Position numbers and translations under genes: made by a program. A DNA stretch of 58,224 nucleotides, filler included, from Squatina squatina (lineage: Eukaryota), in the NCBI GenBank assembly GCA_031763465.1. It is 3 parts of 3 records of this genome, joined end to end, with 100 filler letters (N's around TTAATTAATTAA, not from the genome) between each part and the next. Parts side by side here need not be neighbours in the genome. Positions count along the whole stretch, not along the records: positions 1 to 23,784 come from JARFOE010000073.1; 2 more parts are not named here. One strand, 5' to 3'. Under the pieces are notes generated by a model that did not search any database, was not told the origin of the DNA, and saw only the letters and a program-made list of their open reading frames with translations. Each line of letters starts with the position of its first letter. The first letter of the stretch is position 1. Below, piece after piece: positions 10,641 to 23,452 of this stretch.

Positions 10641-11576
10641 ATATGTGACCTGTTTTGCACAGATGAATTTCTGCTGCCCACCCCCACCATGTTTTTAACC
10701 TGCTTCTACCATGAGGTGGCCTAAAGACTTGATCCTAGGATCACCTGCTCGCTGACCTTTCCCTACCTCCTCACTGTAGCAAGGAGCTCAGCATGTGCTC
10801 AGAATCACAGCTGCAGTTCCAGGAGCTACGAATCTTGCCTGCAGCCAACAGGTCTCGGCACCTTTGTGCCTACACACTGCCTCGTTTGCGTTTCAAACGC
10901 CTCGCATTGCAAGGTGCATTGAACATGAGACTAAGAAAGGCAACCATCAAAGCCACAGTGAAAGAATTAATATGCACTAATCGCAAGCGCCCTTAATTAT
11001 TCTTAATAAGCTCCCGCAGTCAGCAACCTGCTTCATTTAAATAAGAGAGAAACAAAATGAACCATCAAACTTGCTGCAGTGTCTTTGATCTCGACAGAAC
11101 AGCAGACGCACTCGCCTCACGTCGTTTGTCTTTAATGAATCCCATTCATGGAGAAAGGCAAAGGGCAGGCTGTGAATAAGCAAGCCTCAGAAGTGCAAGG
11201 GGAGGGAAAAGAAGAACTTCCTCTTCTCTTTAACATGAGAAAGGAGCAACTGAGATCGAATAATTAAGACAACGATGTATTGCATCCACTCAATACTGAA
11301 CCTTCTTTTAAGACCCTCCTTAAAACCTACCTCCTTGACCAAGCTTTTGATCGGCAGTCCTAATATCTCCTTCTTTGTCTCCATGTCAATTTTTTTTCTG
11401 ATTACGCCACCTATGAGGGGTCTTGGGGCATTTTACCACGTTAAAGCGAGAGTGCCGAAAATGTGGAACTTGCTACCACAAGGAGTAGTTGAGACGAATA
11501 GCACAGATGCATTTAAGGGGAAGCTGGATAAGGGAGGGAGAAAGGAATAGAAGGTTATGTTGATAGGGTTAGATGA

Positions 11577-11860
11577 AGTCCTCAAAGCCTCCCTGAAAAA
11601 ATGTAACATCCCCACCAATTCATGGGAATCTCCGGCCCAAGACCACCGAACTAAAGGAGAAGCATCCACGAAGGCGCCAACCACTTTGAACTTCTCAGGC
11701 AGCGAAAGAAGCGCATCCCATCCACTTGTCCCATCAAATACCACCTGCCCCACCTGTGGTAGAGTTTGCGGATCCCGTAGAGGACTATTTGGTCACCTCA
11801 GAACCCACAACTCTGGAGTGGAAGCAAGTCATCCTCGACCTCAAGGGACTGCCTAAGAAA
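11577..11860 (+). mobile_element. RTE-clade LINE 3' end
   Basis: Second copy of VLKASLKKCNIPTNSWES...TCPTCGRVCGSRRGLFGHLRTH, closely similar to 7912-8240. Confidence 0.8.
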
Positions 11861-14800
11861 TATTGGCCAAGACACTGGGGATAACTCCCCTGCTCTTCTT
11901 CAAAATAGTGCCATGGGATGGGGAAGAACAGTGAGGAAAGGAAGTGACAGGCAAGAGGACAAGAACTACAGCACTAAAATAAAACAACAGTTTGACTGGT
12001 CATCATGGGAAGTGACTGTTCAGCAAACTAGGAGCAGCAAGTGCATCACGAGGCTATTGTATTACTCTCTTTCTATATCTGGATTTCACCGTGTGTATAT
12101 TATATGTAAAGAAAAAGGCAGAGATACAGCTACAAACAGAAGAGGCACATGGCAGTAGGAGTGAAAGTTCAATACAGTTTTTACACTCAAGAAATATAGT
12201 GCACAGTACTTCAGGTGAGCTTTTGAAATTCTCCTAAAGAAAATCACCTGAATTGTAAAGTTGGTCTTGTTGCTGTTTGCACCCTTGTGCCATTGACATT
12301 AACATTAACTGAAAGCCACACACAGTTCAGCTTACTCACTGGAGTTCAAACTGTACTATCTTGCCCGAGTATACAAGAAATACCAAAAGGCTCTTGTGAC
12401 TGAGCCAATCATCTTTGGTGAAACTTATATTTAGTACTCTGGATAAGCAGCACTTCTTCCCATCCCACATTTTTTTTTTTTAAAAACCACTCTACTCCTG
12501 CACAACCCACACTAGTCCATATTTGGCTGCATTTGAAATACTGCAGGATTAAAACTACAAAACACACTTCATCTGAGTCTACTTCCTTCAGCTACTACTT
12601 GTCAAGTCCTTTCTTAAAGGAGCAGGGGTAACTTGTTCCAAAGGTCAACAATTCTCTGTGAAAAGAAAAGCCTCCTGACATTTCACGTAGTTCTATGTTC
12701 ATGTAACTTATACATATGTCCTCTGACCCTCCCTAACTTATCTAACAAATAGTCTATCCATAATCGCCCAATTCTAATCCTTACATTATTTTGGAGAGCT
12801 CAATCAAATCTCCTCAAAATCTACACTTTTCTAAAGGAAAAAGATCCACACATCCAAGCCTATTGTGGTCTCTAAACTTGATATCAATCTAGTGGCCCTT
12901 CTCTGAACCTTTTCCAGGGTCTCTCTATCCACCATCATGTGAAGAGACCANNNNNNNNNNNNNNNNNNNNNNNNNNNNNNNNNNNNNNNNNNNNNNNNNN
13001 NNNNNNNNNNNNNNNNNNNNNNNNNNNNNNNNNNNNNNNNNNNNNNNNNNGTTCCAACTAGGATTTGCTCATCTCTATCTGTACTTATCCTTATCACTTG
13101 GTCCTAACCAGGTATTCTTCCAGTTTAAGGACAATTACAATCCATTATTAGACTACAGCGGGGGAGGGGGGGGACGAAATCTAGAGGCACGACACAGCAC
13201 AGGAAATTATCCACCTAAAGCCAAGACAATTACATGCCCGACAGCAACATTAACTGGACTATTTTTAGTTAACAGTTGCTGTTGCTTTCATTACAATGCG
13301 ACTGAAAACAATCCAGGGCCTAAAATTACCTACAGCAAACCGTTCAAAAATTCTGAGCAACAAGTAATCCCTCAGTAAAGGCTAGTGTTGCAGCCCTGTT
13401 CATTGTAGAGTGTGTTCCACTCCCCATCATGGGCAGATTCCTGCTCTCTCTTTCTCTCTCCCTCTCTCTCACATCATGTGTTCAGCTTCTGATATCAGTC
13501 AACAGAGCAGTTCACCAAAGGAGAAAGACCCGCCTTTACAGATCACTAATCAGGTCTTAGAAATATCGCAAAAAGGCTTCATGCACAACTGAAAGGAGCA
13601 GTGGAATCTCATGCAAAAAGTTGAACAAGTTATTTGCTTTAAACAGGAAGCCAGGNNNNNNNNNNNNNNNNNNNNNNNNNNNNNNNNNNNNNNNNNNNNN
13701 NNNNNNNNNNNNNNNNNNNNNNNNNNNNNNNNNNNNNNNNNNNNNNNNNNNNNNNCGGCTGCACCGGACTCGCCTTGGTAGGCAAATTCACAGCCCACAT
13801 TTCTATTCCTCCTACTGGCCATCCTTGTATCCTATCCAAATTAGTTTTCTGATTTAATGCTGCTATGTACCAAGTTATGAGTAGCTTTGTGCTACGATTC
13901 CACTTCCATCAGCAACTGGTTTGACACTGCCTCCAACTCACTTTGCAGAGGACCCTCGGCCTACAGTGGGAAGAGGTAAGGCTTCAGCTTGCATCCACTA
14001 TTCTTCACAACGCAAGTTCCCAAGCTGAAACAACCCACTGGTCAGGGGTAGCAGCTTTAGAAGAATGCTTCTGCATTGCTGAGGGAGAGAAAATCATGAG
14101 TAACTGCCCCCTACGCCATTCTTGTGCACCTCCTACCTGCCAATTAATAAATTAAAAATATAGGCCAAAAAATAATCTGGTTGCTGGTCAAATTTTCTCC
14201 TTGCACGAACGGTGTGTAGGGGAGAATATCAGAAAGAATGGTATGAAGCTTGTAAACAAAGCTCTGATAGTGCACAACACAAAAAAATCAATCATTTCAG
14301 ATTAGCAGAATCCATGTGCCAAAACGACTTGGATTCCGGTTCCCTTGGGGTTATGATGACATTAGCACATTTCCAGCATAGGGCATATTATTAAATAAAG
14401 GTCATGATTCTGAGTACTTTAATATAAATGACAATAAACCTACAGAGCATTGATACAAATTAATTTTATAAGAAAAGCAGGCCTCATTAAAATATCATTA
14501 ACATTTTAATATTTCTTAAAAATTAAACACATAAAATCTAAAGTCCTTGGTGCTCATTTTTTGTACTTCGCTCTCATTAAATGCTATTCACCACTACTAA
14601 TAGCCAGCCGCCGCAGTCTCTAGATTCCCATCTTTAACATCCCATGGTGACAAATATATGTTTGCTTCCCAACGAACAAGTGCAGCCCAGACAGCTGTCA
14701 TTATAATTACTGTCACTTGGCAAATGGAAATGATACAAATATTTACCCATTGTTGATGCTGCGCAACACCNNNNNNNNNNNNNNNNNNNNNNNNNNNNNN

Positions 14801-14870
14801 NNNNNNNNNNNNNNNNNNNNNNNNNNNNNNNNNNNNNNNNNNNNNNNNNNNNNNNNNNNNNNNNNNNNNN

Positions 14871-15010
14871 TCCAATTCTGAGGAAGGGTCATCGACCTGA
14901 AATGCTAACTCTGTTTCTCTCTTCACAGATGCTGCCTGACCTGCTGAGTATTTCCAGCATTTTCGGTTTTTATTTCAGATTCCAGCATCCGCAGTATTTT
15001 GCTTCTGTAT
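14871..15010 (+). repeat. Short dispersed repeat, possibly Penelope-associated
   Basis: GAAGGGTCATCGACCTGAAATGCTAACTCTGTTTCTCTC..ACAGATGCTGCCTGACCTGCTGAGTATTTCCAGCATTTT. Related copies at ~9735-9820 (+) and ~23685-23760 (-). Family assignment is tentative. Confidence 0.55.
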
Positions 15011-15764
15011 AAATGGGAAATGTATGTTAATCCAACTGTGGGCGATGCACTCTGTATGGAAAACAGCTGAATGATAAATTAGAAAATCCTGATTCACTGA
15101 TGAGTCCTTGCACATGCTGGTGATATGGTTTACAGAGAAACACAAGCAAAGTTTCTACGTGGGAGAATGGCCCCCAAACATTGAAAGAAGGTGCCAATGT
15201 GGCAGCATTGCCACTCAAAGAGTCCACGTGTCTCAATTACTTGGCAGAAGGCCCAGAAGACATTGAATGACTTAAAGAGGAGCATAAAGGTAAAATATGA
15301 TTGCTGTAAAGCAGTACAGCTGGAGATTTAAGCATATGAATGACATTTGCAGTTGTTACATATATAAAAAAACATTGTATTGGCACTGTTAGTAGAGACG
15401 TAGCAAGTAAGGTACTTGAAGTAAAAATAGCAGGATTATGCAAATTATATTATTCATCCTGTTACAGTTCAAAGCTTTTTCCCAACACTCTTAAATTGTG
15501 TTTACAGTATAAAGGCAGTTTGGAAAAGCAGAGCTGTGCCTTCTATGATGTAAAACTTAGTCTTAGCCGTTAAATAAATAAGACTATGTACCTGAAGGTT
15601 CACAATGACCCTTTTCAATGGTATTATGTTCAAGAGACTACATGGACTGACCAAGATGTCCTCCTGTCCATTCTGTGAGGTGGTACGTCTATATTATTCA
15701 GGCTAAAACTAATAGTTACATTTATTTACAAACAGGATAGTTACACAGAGGCAGTAAACACAAA

Positions 15765-16112
15765 GGCCTAGAAATTCCACACCAGCATTATTGCAGTAAT
15801 AGGGGCAAGCAACTTGGTTTTTAGCAGGAAAATCAGGCAGAAGCCATTTACATTCATTTTGCACCTCAAAATTGATCCTCTCAAATACCGTCATGTATAT
15901 TTGGTGCTTTTCGCATTCCACCTGCTGAGTCCTGTTTGAGATTATTCACATATTATTATAGAGGTCACAGGCACTGCGGCTCTGAGTTTCTTGTTTTCAC
16001 GCTTGAAAAGTACTTGGGATAAATTATAAATTTTGTGGAGTTGTACCACCCACTTCTGCCTAGTGGAGGCAGCGAAAATGTGACATGACTCACTGTGTAG
16101 AATTTCTAGGCC
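15765..16112. mobile_element. Harbinger-like MITE (348 bp)
   Basis: Terminal inverted repeats GGCCTAGAAATTCCACAC and GTGTAGAATTTCTAGGCC (17/18 match). No coding capacity. Confidence 0.65.
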
Positions 16113-16723
16113 GCAGTAACTAATAGTACATTACTTGAGCTAAGCAATATTTAGACCATTCCCCAAAAAAATCCAAAATCTTTGTAATTCTTTCTGGAAT
16201 CTCTGGTTAAACATTACGTCAGTTTTCTGGGATTTTCCACAGCTCCTCCTTCAAAGTTACAGTGGCCTAGCAGAAGAACCCCTCACTGTGGCAAAGACCT
16301 CTAGACCACCTCTGCTGAAAGCAAAAAGGGTATGATCATGCTACTTGAGGTGTCCTATAGGCCTCCAAATAGTGAGAGAGTGATAGAGGAGCAAGTCTGC
16401 AGGGAAATCACAGTGCAAGTGCATGGGGGCTTTCATTATCCAAATATCGATTTGGATCATGTTAGAGTACAGGGAAAGAGGGGGAGGAATTTCNNNNNNN
16501 NNNNNNNNNNNNNNNNNNNNNNNNNNNNNNNNNNNNNNNNNNNNNNNNNNNNNNNNNNNNNNNNNNNNNNNNNNNNNNNNNNNNNNNNNNNNNGTGAGTG
16601 CTCTGACCCGCACAATGTAAATGTTCCTAGACACACTCTTAAAGGTTTACACTCCTGAGCTCCTTTCTGCTAATACTATTGGTTGTCCATGTTATATGCT
16701 AACATTTGCATCTGCAGACATAC

Positions 16724-16875
16724 GTGAGGAGCTGTGAGCAGAGGGGATGAAGAAATCGCACTGGATGAACGAGCCTGTGGTCGAGCTGGGCTGGATGGAG
16801 GGAGGGACCGAGGACTCTGGGAGCCATCGCTGTCGCTGCTGTGGCTGCTGGGGGGAGTGGGCGGCAGCTGGACAT
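16724..16875 (-). CDS. CREB3L1: CREB3L1 (OASIS), internal exon upstream of the bZIP domain
   Basis: ttttccgccag|ATGTCC...CCTCAC|gtatgt, 152 nt, phase 1 to 0. Reads (D)[50 protein letters not shown], near-identical to recalled CREB3L1. Lies upstream of DGKZ on the same strand, as in human 11p11.2. Confidence 0.92.
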
Positions 16876-18597
16876 CTGGCGGAAAACAAGAAGCAAAGAG
16901 AAGTCAAGTAATGGTTCACAGTAATTACAAAGCAAACAGTTGAGGTCAAAGGGCGAGGGTGGGAGAAGTGGGTGGGATATGCAGACCGCCACACTGGCCA
17001 GGATGAAAGTTAGTCAGGTCACCTGGTTTTCAACGATCTTCTCAAATGAGAAGTGCCCTGGGTATTCCAACATTTCCCTGCAGCCCATTGTACTTATGAA
17101 GCGTTCACAGTAGAAAGGCTTTTGTACAATCTCAAAATAGATAGCAGTGTATCGAAAATTAAATCAAATCAGCAGATGCACCACAACATCTCTGCACCAC
17201 CCATCGGCCTTGTCTGAGGGAGGTGGCCTGTCCTGGGCCTCTGCTGATTCTAACCTGTGGTCGGTCATCGGGAGATATGTCAAGGGGCTATTTGGGAGGA
17301 CTTGCTGAAAAGAGGTGTCTGGGCCTCTGCCACACGACAGCCTTACCAAGATGGTGAACTCAACATGGCTGTGAACACTCGCGGGGTGGGGTGGCACAGT
17401 GCAACCCAGCTCCCACGTTCTGAACCACACGGCGCTGAGGCACAGCTTCACGTCCACGCTCCTCCACACCACAGCCATCTTCAGAGCACCACCAGTGGAG
17501 GCCTGGCAGCTGGAACCCAGTCACCTGTCGGTACCTGGTACAGGAAGGAGTCAAGACATGGGAGAGACAGTCTCTCCTTCAGAAATTCAGAGGCAGGATG
17601 AACATTATGAATACTGGGCAGGGTGGGGGGAATCCACACTATAAGTAGGAAAACACAGAAGAGGTTTAAAGCTCCATTTTGCCAGACTACATGTGGTACA
17701 AACATTCTCTCCCACAATTTTATTTTCATCCCACAAAACATGTTTTTTTGACTTTCAGAATTTATAGCTGCTTCACATTCCAAAGGGAGCTGGTAAGGAG
17801 TGGAATAATGTCAAAAACAGAAATGGACCAAAGAAACCTCCACATTCCACTGTGCCCCTTAATGCGGCAAAACTGAGTGACCACGCAAGGCCGACCGTGG
17901 ACTCGCCTGCACTGCGGCTCAGCGTTACTCAGCCCTCTTGTCACATCTGGGAGCAGTGCCGGTATATAGAAGCCTGAGGCCTTCACTCACTCCTTGTTAC
18001 CGCAGCTGACTCGCACCTGATGAACGCTGGGACACGAGCAGCTATAAATGGGTGATCATTACCGCAGGTGGAGAGACAGCAGGCACTGAACATTGACACC
18101 GGCAATTCATTGTGAGCTGTAAAACCTACGGCCATTGATTAACCAGAGAATTGAAGATAGCAAATGAGAATGGTTATCGGAGTAACCTATTTTAATTAAA
18201 TGGATGCAGCTTTGGCCAAAGAAATACACAGCACTGGAGGGTATTGAGTAATGAGGAAGGGTTAGTTAGCAATCTTGTTGTGCGAGGCCCCTTGGGCANN
18301 NNNNNNNNNNNNNNNNNNNNNNNNNNNNNNNNNNNNNNNNNNNNNNNNNNNNNNNNNNNNNNNNNNNNNNNNNNNNNNNNNNNNNNNNNNNNNNNNNNAC
18401 TCTCTCTAGACACTGCACCACAGTCAGCTATCAACACCATTGGGGGAGGGCTTAGGAAGTGTGAGATCAACCGTTAGAAAAACAGTCAGCCCAGGGAGCA
18501 CTGAGTACCCTGCAGATGCTTTTGGGTCCAAGGGCTGACGTGGAGAATACAAGGTGATACATGTAGGTGCCACAAATATCAGATGCTATTATAGCAA

Positions 18598-18834
18598 CTG
18601 TGGCTCAGTGGGTAGCACTCTCCCCTCTGACTCAGAGGGTTGTGGGTTCAAGCCCTATTCCAGAGACTTGAGCGCAAAATCTAGGGACTGAGGGACTGCT
18701 GCATGGTCAGAGGTGTTCTCTTTCAGATGAGACGTTCAATCAAGGCCCTGTCTGCCCTGGCAGGTTGAAGTAAAAGATTCCCACAGCCCTATTCGAAGAA
18801 GAGTAGGGGAGTTCTCCCAGTGTCCTGGCCAATA
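18598..18834 (+). mobile_element. tRNA-headed DeuSINE (SacSINE1-like)
   Basis: Pol III A-box TGGCTCAGTGGG and B-box GGTTCAAGCCC, followed by the Deu-like core. Confidence 0.75.
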
Positions 18835-20214
18835 TCCACAGAAATGAAAATTGTCATGGTTTCTATAATGGCCTGGTTGTAAACCTGGGCAGCAATTTGA
18901 TAAAACTACCCCGGTGTATTTAAAGCGGGCTTGTTTATTTTTCTTTCGACTTAATTCAATAAGGTGGAGCAGGAGTCAGATCTGCGTGTACTTGTGCTTC
19001 AGACATCAAAAGTGGCAGACTGCATGGTAGCAATTGCCAAGGTAAACAGAGCCTTAGGGTGTATAAGTAGATCCACAGAACACCAGTCACCTAAGGAAGT
19101 AACACTGGCACTCTATAAAGCTGTAGTGAGATCACACTTGGAACTCTGTGTTCTGCCTTGGTCAATGTACCCAGGGAAAGGTATAGTGACATTAGGAAGG
19201 TTGATCGGACACTGTCTTAACTCAGTGAGCTATGAAATGAAGTCAATGGAACAGCTAAGTCTCTCATATGAAAAATCATTCAGGGTTTTTGCAGAACTCT
19301 CGACTCTCTTGACAATCTAATAGTGGTTCTCATAAGTGGACTTGTCGCCTATGAAGTTAAAACTGTAACCTTTTTGTAATTTGCTCTGACAGAAGTCTGT
19401 ACCTCAAGGATTAGCAACTGTGGATCTCAACTGCTTTTCAGATGAAAAGTTAAACTGAGGTCCCCTCTGCCCTCTCAGGTGTACTTAACAGATCCCATGN
19501 NNNNNNNNNNNNNNNNNNNNNNNNNNNNNNNNNNNNNNNNNNNNNNNNNNNNNNNNNNNNNNNNNNNNNNNNNNNNNNNNNNNNNNNNNNNNNNNNNNNT
19601 GTCCAATTAGCGCCACTCCTCCGCTCTTTCCCCATAACTCGCTGCTTAAAAAAAATTCTCATCTGCCCTCTTTCGCCAATTACTTTAAATTTGCATCCTC
19701 ACGTTGTCCACGACCATTATTTTGGTACTTAGCATATATTTATGATTATTTTTATTGCGTGCTTCTGTGATCTCCCACCCTGTATTTCTACATCCAGTTG
19801 GGGTGGTTAATGCTATGGTAATAGTTTATTCTCTGATATTTTAGAAGTCTTGCTTTATTAGAGGAGCTTTGTTTTTTTTGCTCTTTTGCCTGCACCTTCT
19901 GAAGAGAGAGGATCAGGTGAGCGTGAGATGAAGACCATATAGAATCATGCCAGAGGCAGTCATATTCCACGGGCCTTAATCCCAAGTTACTCTGTTAGAG
20001 TGGCCTGGGAAATTCCAGCTGAAATTAACTGGTCAGCAGGGCAAAAGTCCAGTGGTTTACCTAAATTATTGGAGGCCAACTATGAGATCAAAATCATATT
20101 TACAATGCCCAACAATACTGATTTTCATTGGGGGCTGAGTAATATAAAGTTGGTCCAAGAGTACCAAATACTCTTTGAGGGTCGAAATGCTTCTGTGCAC
20201 CATTTATCACATAG

Positions 20215-20540
20215 AATCATATAGAGCATACAGAAACAAGCCATTTGGCCCAACTGGTCCATGTTTATGGTCCAAATGTGCCTCCCCACCGCTCTTCATC
20301 TAACCCTACAAGCGTACTCTTCTATTCCTTTCTCCTGCATGCGTTTATCTAGCTTCCCCTTAAATGCGTCAATACTATTCGTCTCAACTATTCCTGGTGG
20401 TAGTAAGTTTCATATTCTAACCACTCTCTGAGTAAAGAAATTTCTCTTGAATTCCTTATTGGATTTATTCGTCATTATTGTATATTTATGCGCTCTCGTT
20501 TTGGATTCCCCTACAAGTGGAAACATTTTCTCTATGTTTA
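20215..20540 (-). mobile_element. CR1-clade LINE 3' fragment
   Basis: CATAGAATCATATAG...GCCATTTGGCCCAAC...TTCATATTCTAACCACTCTCTGAGTAAAGAAATTTCTC is the reverse complement of a CR1 3' end (RNFFTQRVVRI). Confidence 0.6.
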
Positions 20541-20987
20541 TAATGAACTGGCTAATGACTTCACTGCACACAAAAGAATTGCCTATCCACTCCCTATGTT
20601 TTCTCAGAGAGGGGGATTTATTTATCTATGAATATTTAGTCTCAGCTCCTAAAGATTATTGTATTACCCGGAGAGTTTGGTTTCAATTAATCCAATAATG
20701 GGCCATGTTTAAAAGAAGCAAAAGATGTTGCCAAGTCATACATGGAGTGCCAGAGGTTACAGTGAATCAGGGCGCCAATGGTAACTGGACAAGAGGTAAT
20801 TTAACCACCAAGTCAAATACTTGGGAACAATGACAGTCAAAACAGCGGCAGCACTTAGTCTTGAAAATTCTGATAGATGTTCATGTTTTTATTACTCATT
20901 TTTTGATTGCTGTGAGATTTCAGTGCATGGAGAATTATAAACTTTTCAAATTGTGGTCAACACCCAGATTTAGTATTAAACACACAG

Positions 20988-22417
20988 AGGTTGAAATTCC
21001 CGTGTGGCGTGTTAGCGGCATGAAATGAATTTTTTTTCCATCTTTTGCGCCCGGCGCTAAAATCAGGCAAATTCGCCACTTTAAAAAAAAATGGGGTGAA
21101 GCGCTGCTTCAGGCACTGATGGGCTCATTGGAGCGCAGGAGAGGTGCACTTACTCACCCTTCAGGGAATTTCATGTGACAATCATTCAGCACTAATCAGC
21201 TTCCACCCCACTGCAGCCCTTAAAGCTGATGTTGGTCCTGCCTTCATCTGCTCTCTCTCCTCAGAATTTGCACTCGTGACAATAGAATAAAGGTTTTCAT
21301 AATGATGCCTTCATCCTCTCAGCAGTCTTGCTGCTTCAGTGATGCGACCTTTGAAACGTTGGTGGGTGCGGAGGGGGGCAGCTCTACCCCCCCATCTGGA
21401 AGGATGCCAGCCCCATAGCAATTTCATGCACTATGGCAAGCAATTGCCACGGATGTCTCTGAGGCAGACGTGGTTCATCGCACCCCCACCCAGTGTAGAA
21501 AGAAATTCAACGACCTCACTCGAGTCGTCAAGGTTAGTGGCATTGTTATTCTTCTCTATTGTTGCCTCTTCTGTCCGTGAAGCATCTTTATTGCAGCCCC
21601 ACAACCCTACATGCAAGCAGGATCCATTTGTTGGTGCTCACAGGCTCATTCTCATTTCACGCCTTGTCTACATTGAGTGCTATTCAACCAGGGCAGGCAT
21701 TGCTTCACCATATGTAACTTCAATGGTGCTAACACAATTTCTTTTCATTTGCAGGGCAAGGTGGCCCACAACCACACGCAGCAACGTCAGAATAGGGGAG
21801 GGGAAGCGGATACAACATCCCTCTCCAACCTAGAGGAGAGAGTGCTTAGGCTCATTGGACCGCAGGTCATGGAGTCTGTGGCAGTGGGACATGCACAGCC
21901 CACTGGGGGCAACAATCGTATTTGCATTGCCTCCTCTTATCCCACTTTCCACTTACAGCTTAAGGCCCGACAAATGTGTATGTGCTCATTCTGCCTGCCC
22001 TCCTTGCTGTATGCCTGCCCCGTTCCCTACCCTTAATGCAACTGTTGAGCCATTTATGCTTTCAGACAATCTTGAACCACTTCCTGAGCCTGTCCCGCAG
22101 CCCAGCCATGCAACTCACGAGGGAGAAGAGATTGAGGAGGAGGAGCTGCAAAACGCACCATCACCGCTTCTCTCACACACAAGCACCAGCTCAGATATAG
22201 GCACTTTGCCGTTAGTACAGGCTAGGTTAAGAGAGAGGTATGCACTGGGTGAAGCACCAGTGCCCATTGGGCTGCAGAAAGGTGAGGGGAAAGGGAAGCT
22301 CGGGGGCTATCTCCCCGGAGAGAGAGATGGCGTGCCAGTCCTGCTATGGAAGACTCAGATCAGGACCTCGAGTGTGAGTCTGACCCACAGAGGGTGATGG
22401 CCATGCACGCACAATTG
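20988..22417 (+). mobile_element. PIF/Harbinger transposon fragment with an intron-containing Myb/SANT-like pseudogene
   Basis: Left end AGGTTGAAATTCC. Exon ~21330-21532 reads FSDATFETLV...WQAIATDVSEADVVHRTPTQCRKKFNDLTRVVK|gttag with one in-frame stop. Exon 21755-21917 reads GKVAHN...LSNLEERVLRLIG. An acidic exon starts at 22066. Confidence 0.75.
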
Positions 22418-23074
22418 NNNNNNNNNNNNNNNNNNNNNNNNNNNNNNNNNNNNNNNNNNNNNNNNNNNNNNNNNNNNNNNNNNNNNNNNNNNNNNNNNNN
22501 NNNNNNNNNNNNNNNNNTGCAGTCAGTCAACTTCCCATTGTAAATAATGGAAATTCCTCTCATTCCTCGGACTCAGAGAGTAAGAAGATCCTTCACTGGC
22601 TGTACTGTAGAGCTGATAATGGAAAAAGCATGTGCACACACAGCCCATGTGTCAGTTCTGACTGGTTGGCCTGATACTACCCTATGGGCTGGAAGCATGC
22701 AAATAAACTGCCGGCAGGAGTATTTGCTGGGAGGACCAATGGGAGGACAAGGTAACCACGGAGAAATGGTCGCTCCCTGCAGGCAACTAAATTGCTTCTT
22801 TTCTTCTTTCACTACATGGTTAACATGAGGAGCTGGAAACACCACAGCCTCAGACTCACTCCATCCATCCAGGCACTCAGCTGCATTTGTGTGTGCCCTG
22901 TATTCAGAGGCCTATTCTGGCTTGCCCAGGAATTCAGTATTTTGGTGTTTTTTTACATTGCTCTGGGGCTTGTGGCAACATCTCTGCTTTCAAATGGGGG
23001 GCGGGGGATGGGGCATAAATGGCTAATTTCAAACATTACTGAATGTGAATAGAAAAGAAAATTTNNNNNNNNNN

Positions 23075-23452
23075 AGTGATTTACAGCCAATGAAGAACTT
23101 TTGGAGTGTAGCCACTGTTGTAATGTAGGAAATGCGGCAGCCAATTTGTGCACAGCAAGCTCCCACAAACAGCAATATGATAATGAACAGATAATCTGTT
23201 TTTTGTTATGTTGATTGAGGGATAAATATTGGCTAGGACACCCTGCTCTTCTTCAAGATAGTAGGATGGGATCTTTTACATACCCCTGAGAGAGCAGACA
23301 GGGCCTTGATTTAACATCACATCCGAAAGGCAACACCTCCAACAATGCAGCATTCCCCTGGAGTGCTAGCCTTGATGTGCTCCCCCTGGAGTGGGACTTG
23401 AACCCACAACCTTCTGACACAGAGGTAAATGTGCTACTCACTGAGCCACAGC
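23075..23452 (-). mobile_element. tRNA-headed DeuSINE (SacSINE1-like), near full length
   Basis: Reverse complement of head (GCTGTGGCTCAGTGAGTAGCAC...GGGTTCAAGTCCCACTCCAG), Deu core and 3' region. Confidence 0.75.

Noticed and set aside
17347-17533. Apparent exon on the minus strand (cctgtaccag...gtaagg) upstream of the CREB3L1 exon
   Set aside because: All three frames contain a stop and none resembles CREB3L1. At most a non-coding or poison exon, which is unsupported.
18598-18670. tRNA gene
   Set aside because: A and B boxes belong to a SINE head that continues into the Deu core; there is no cloverleaf.
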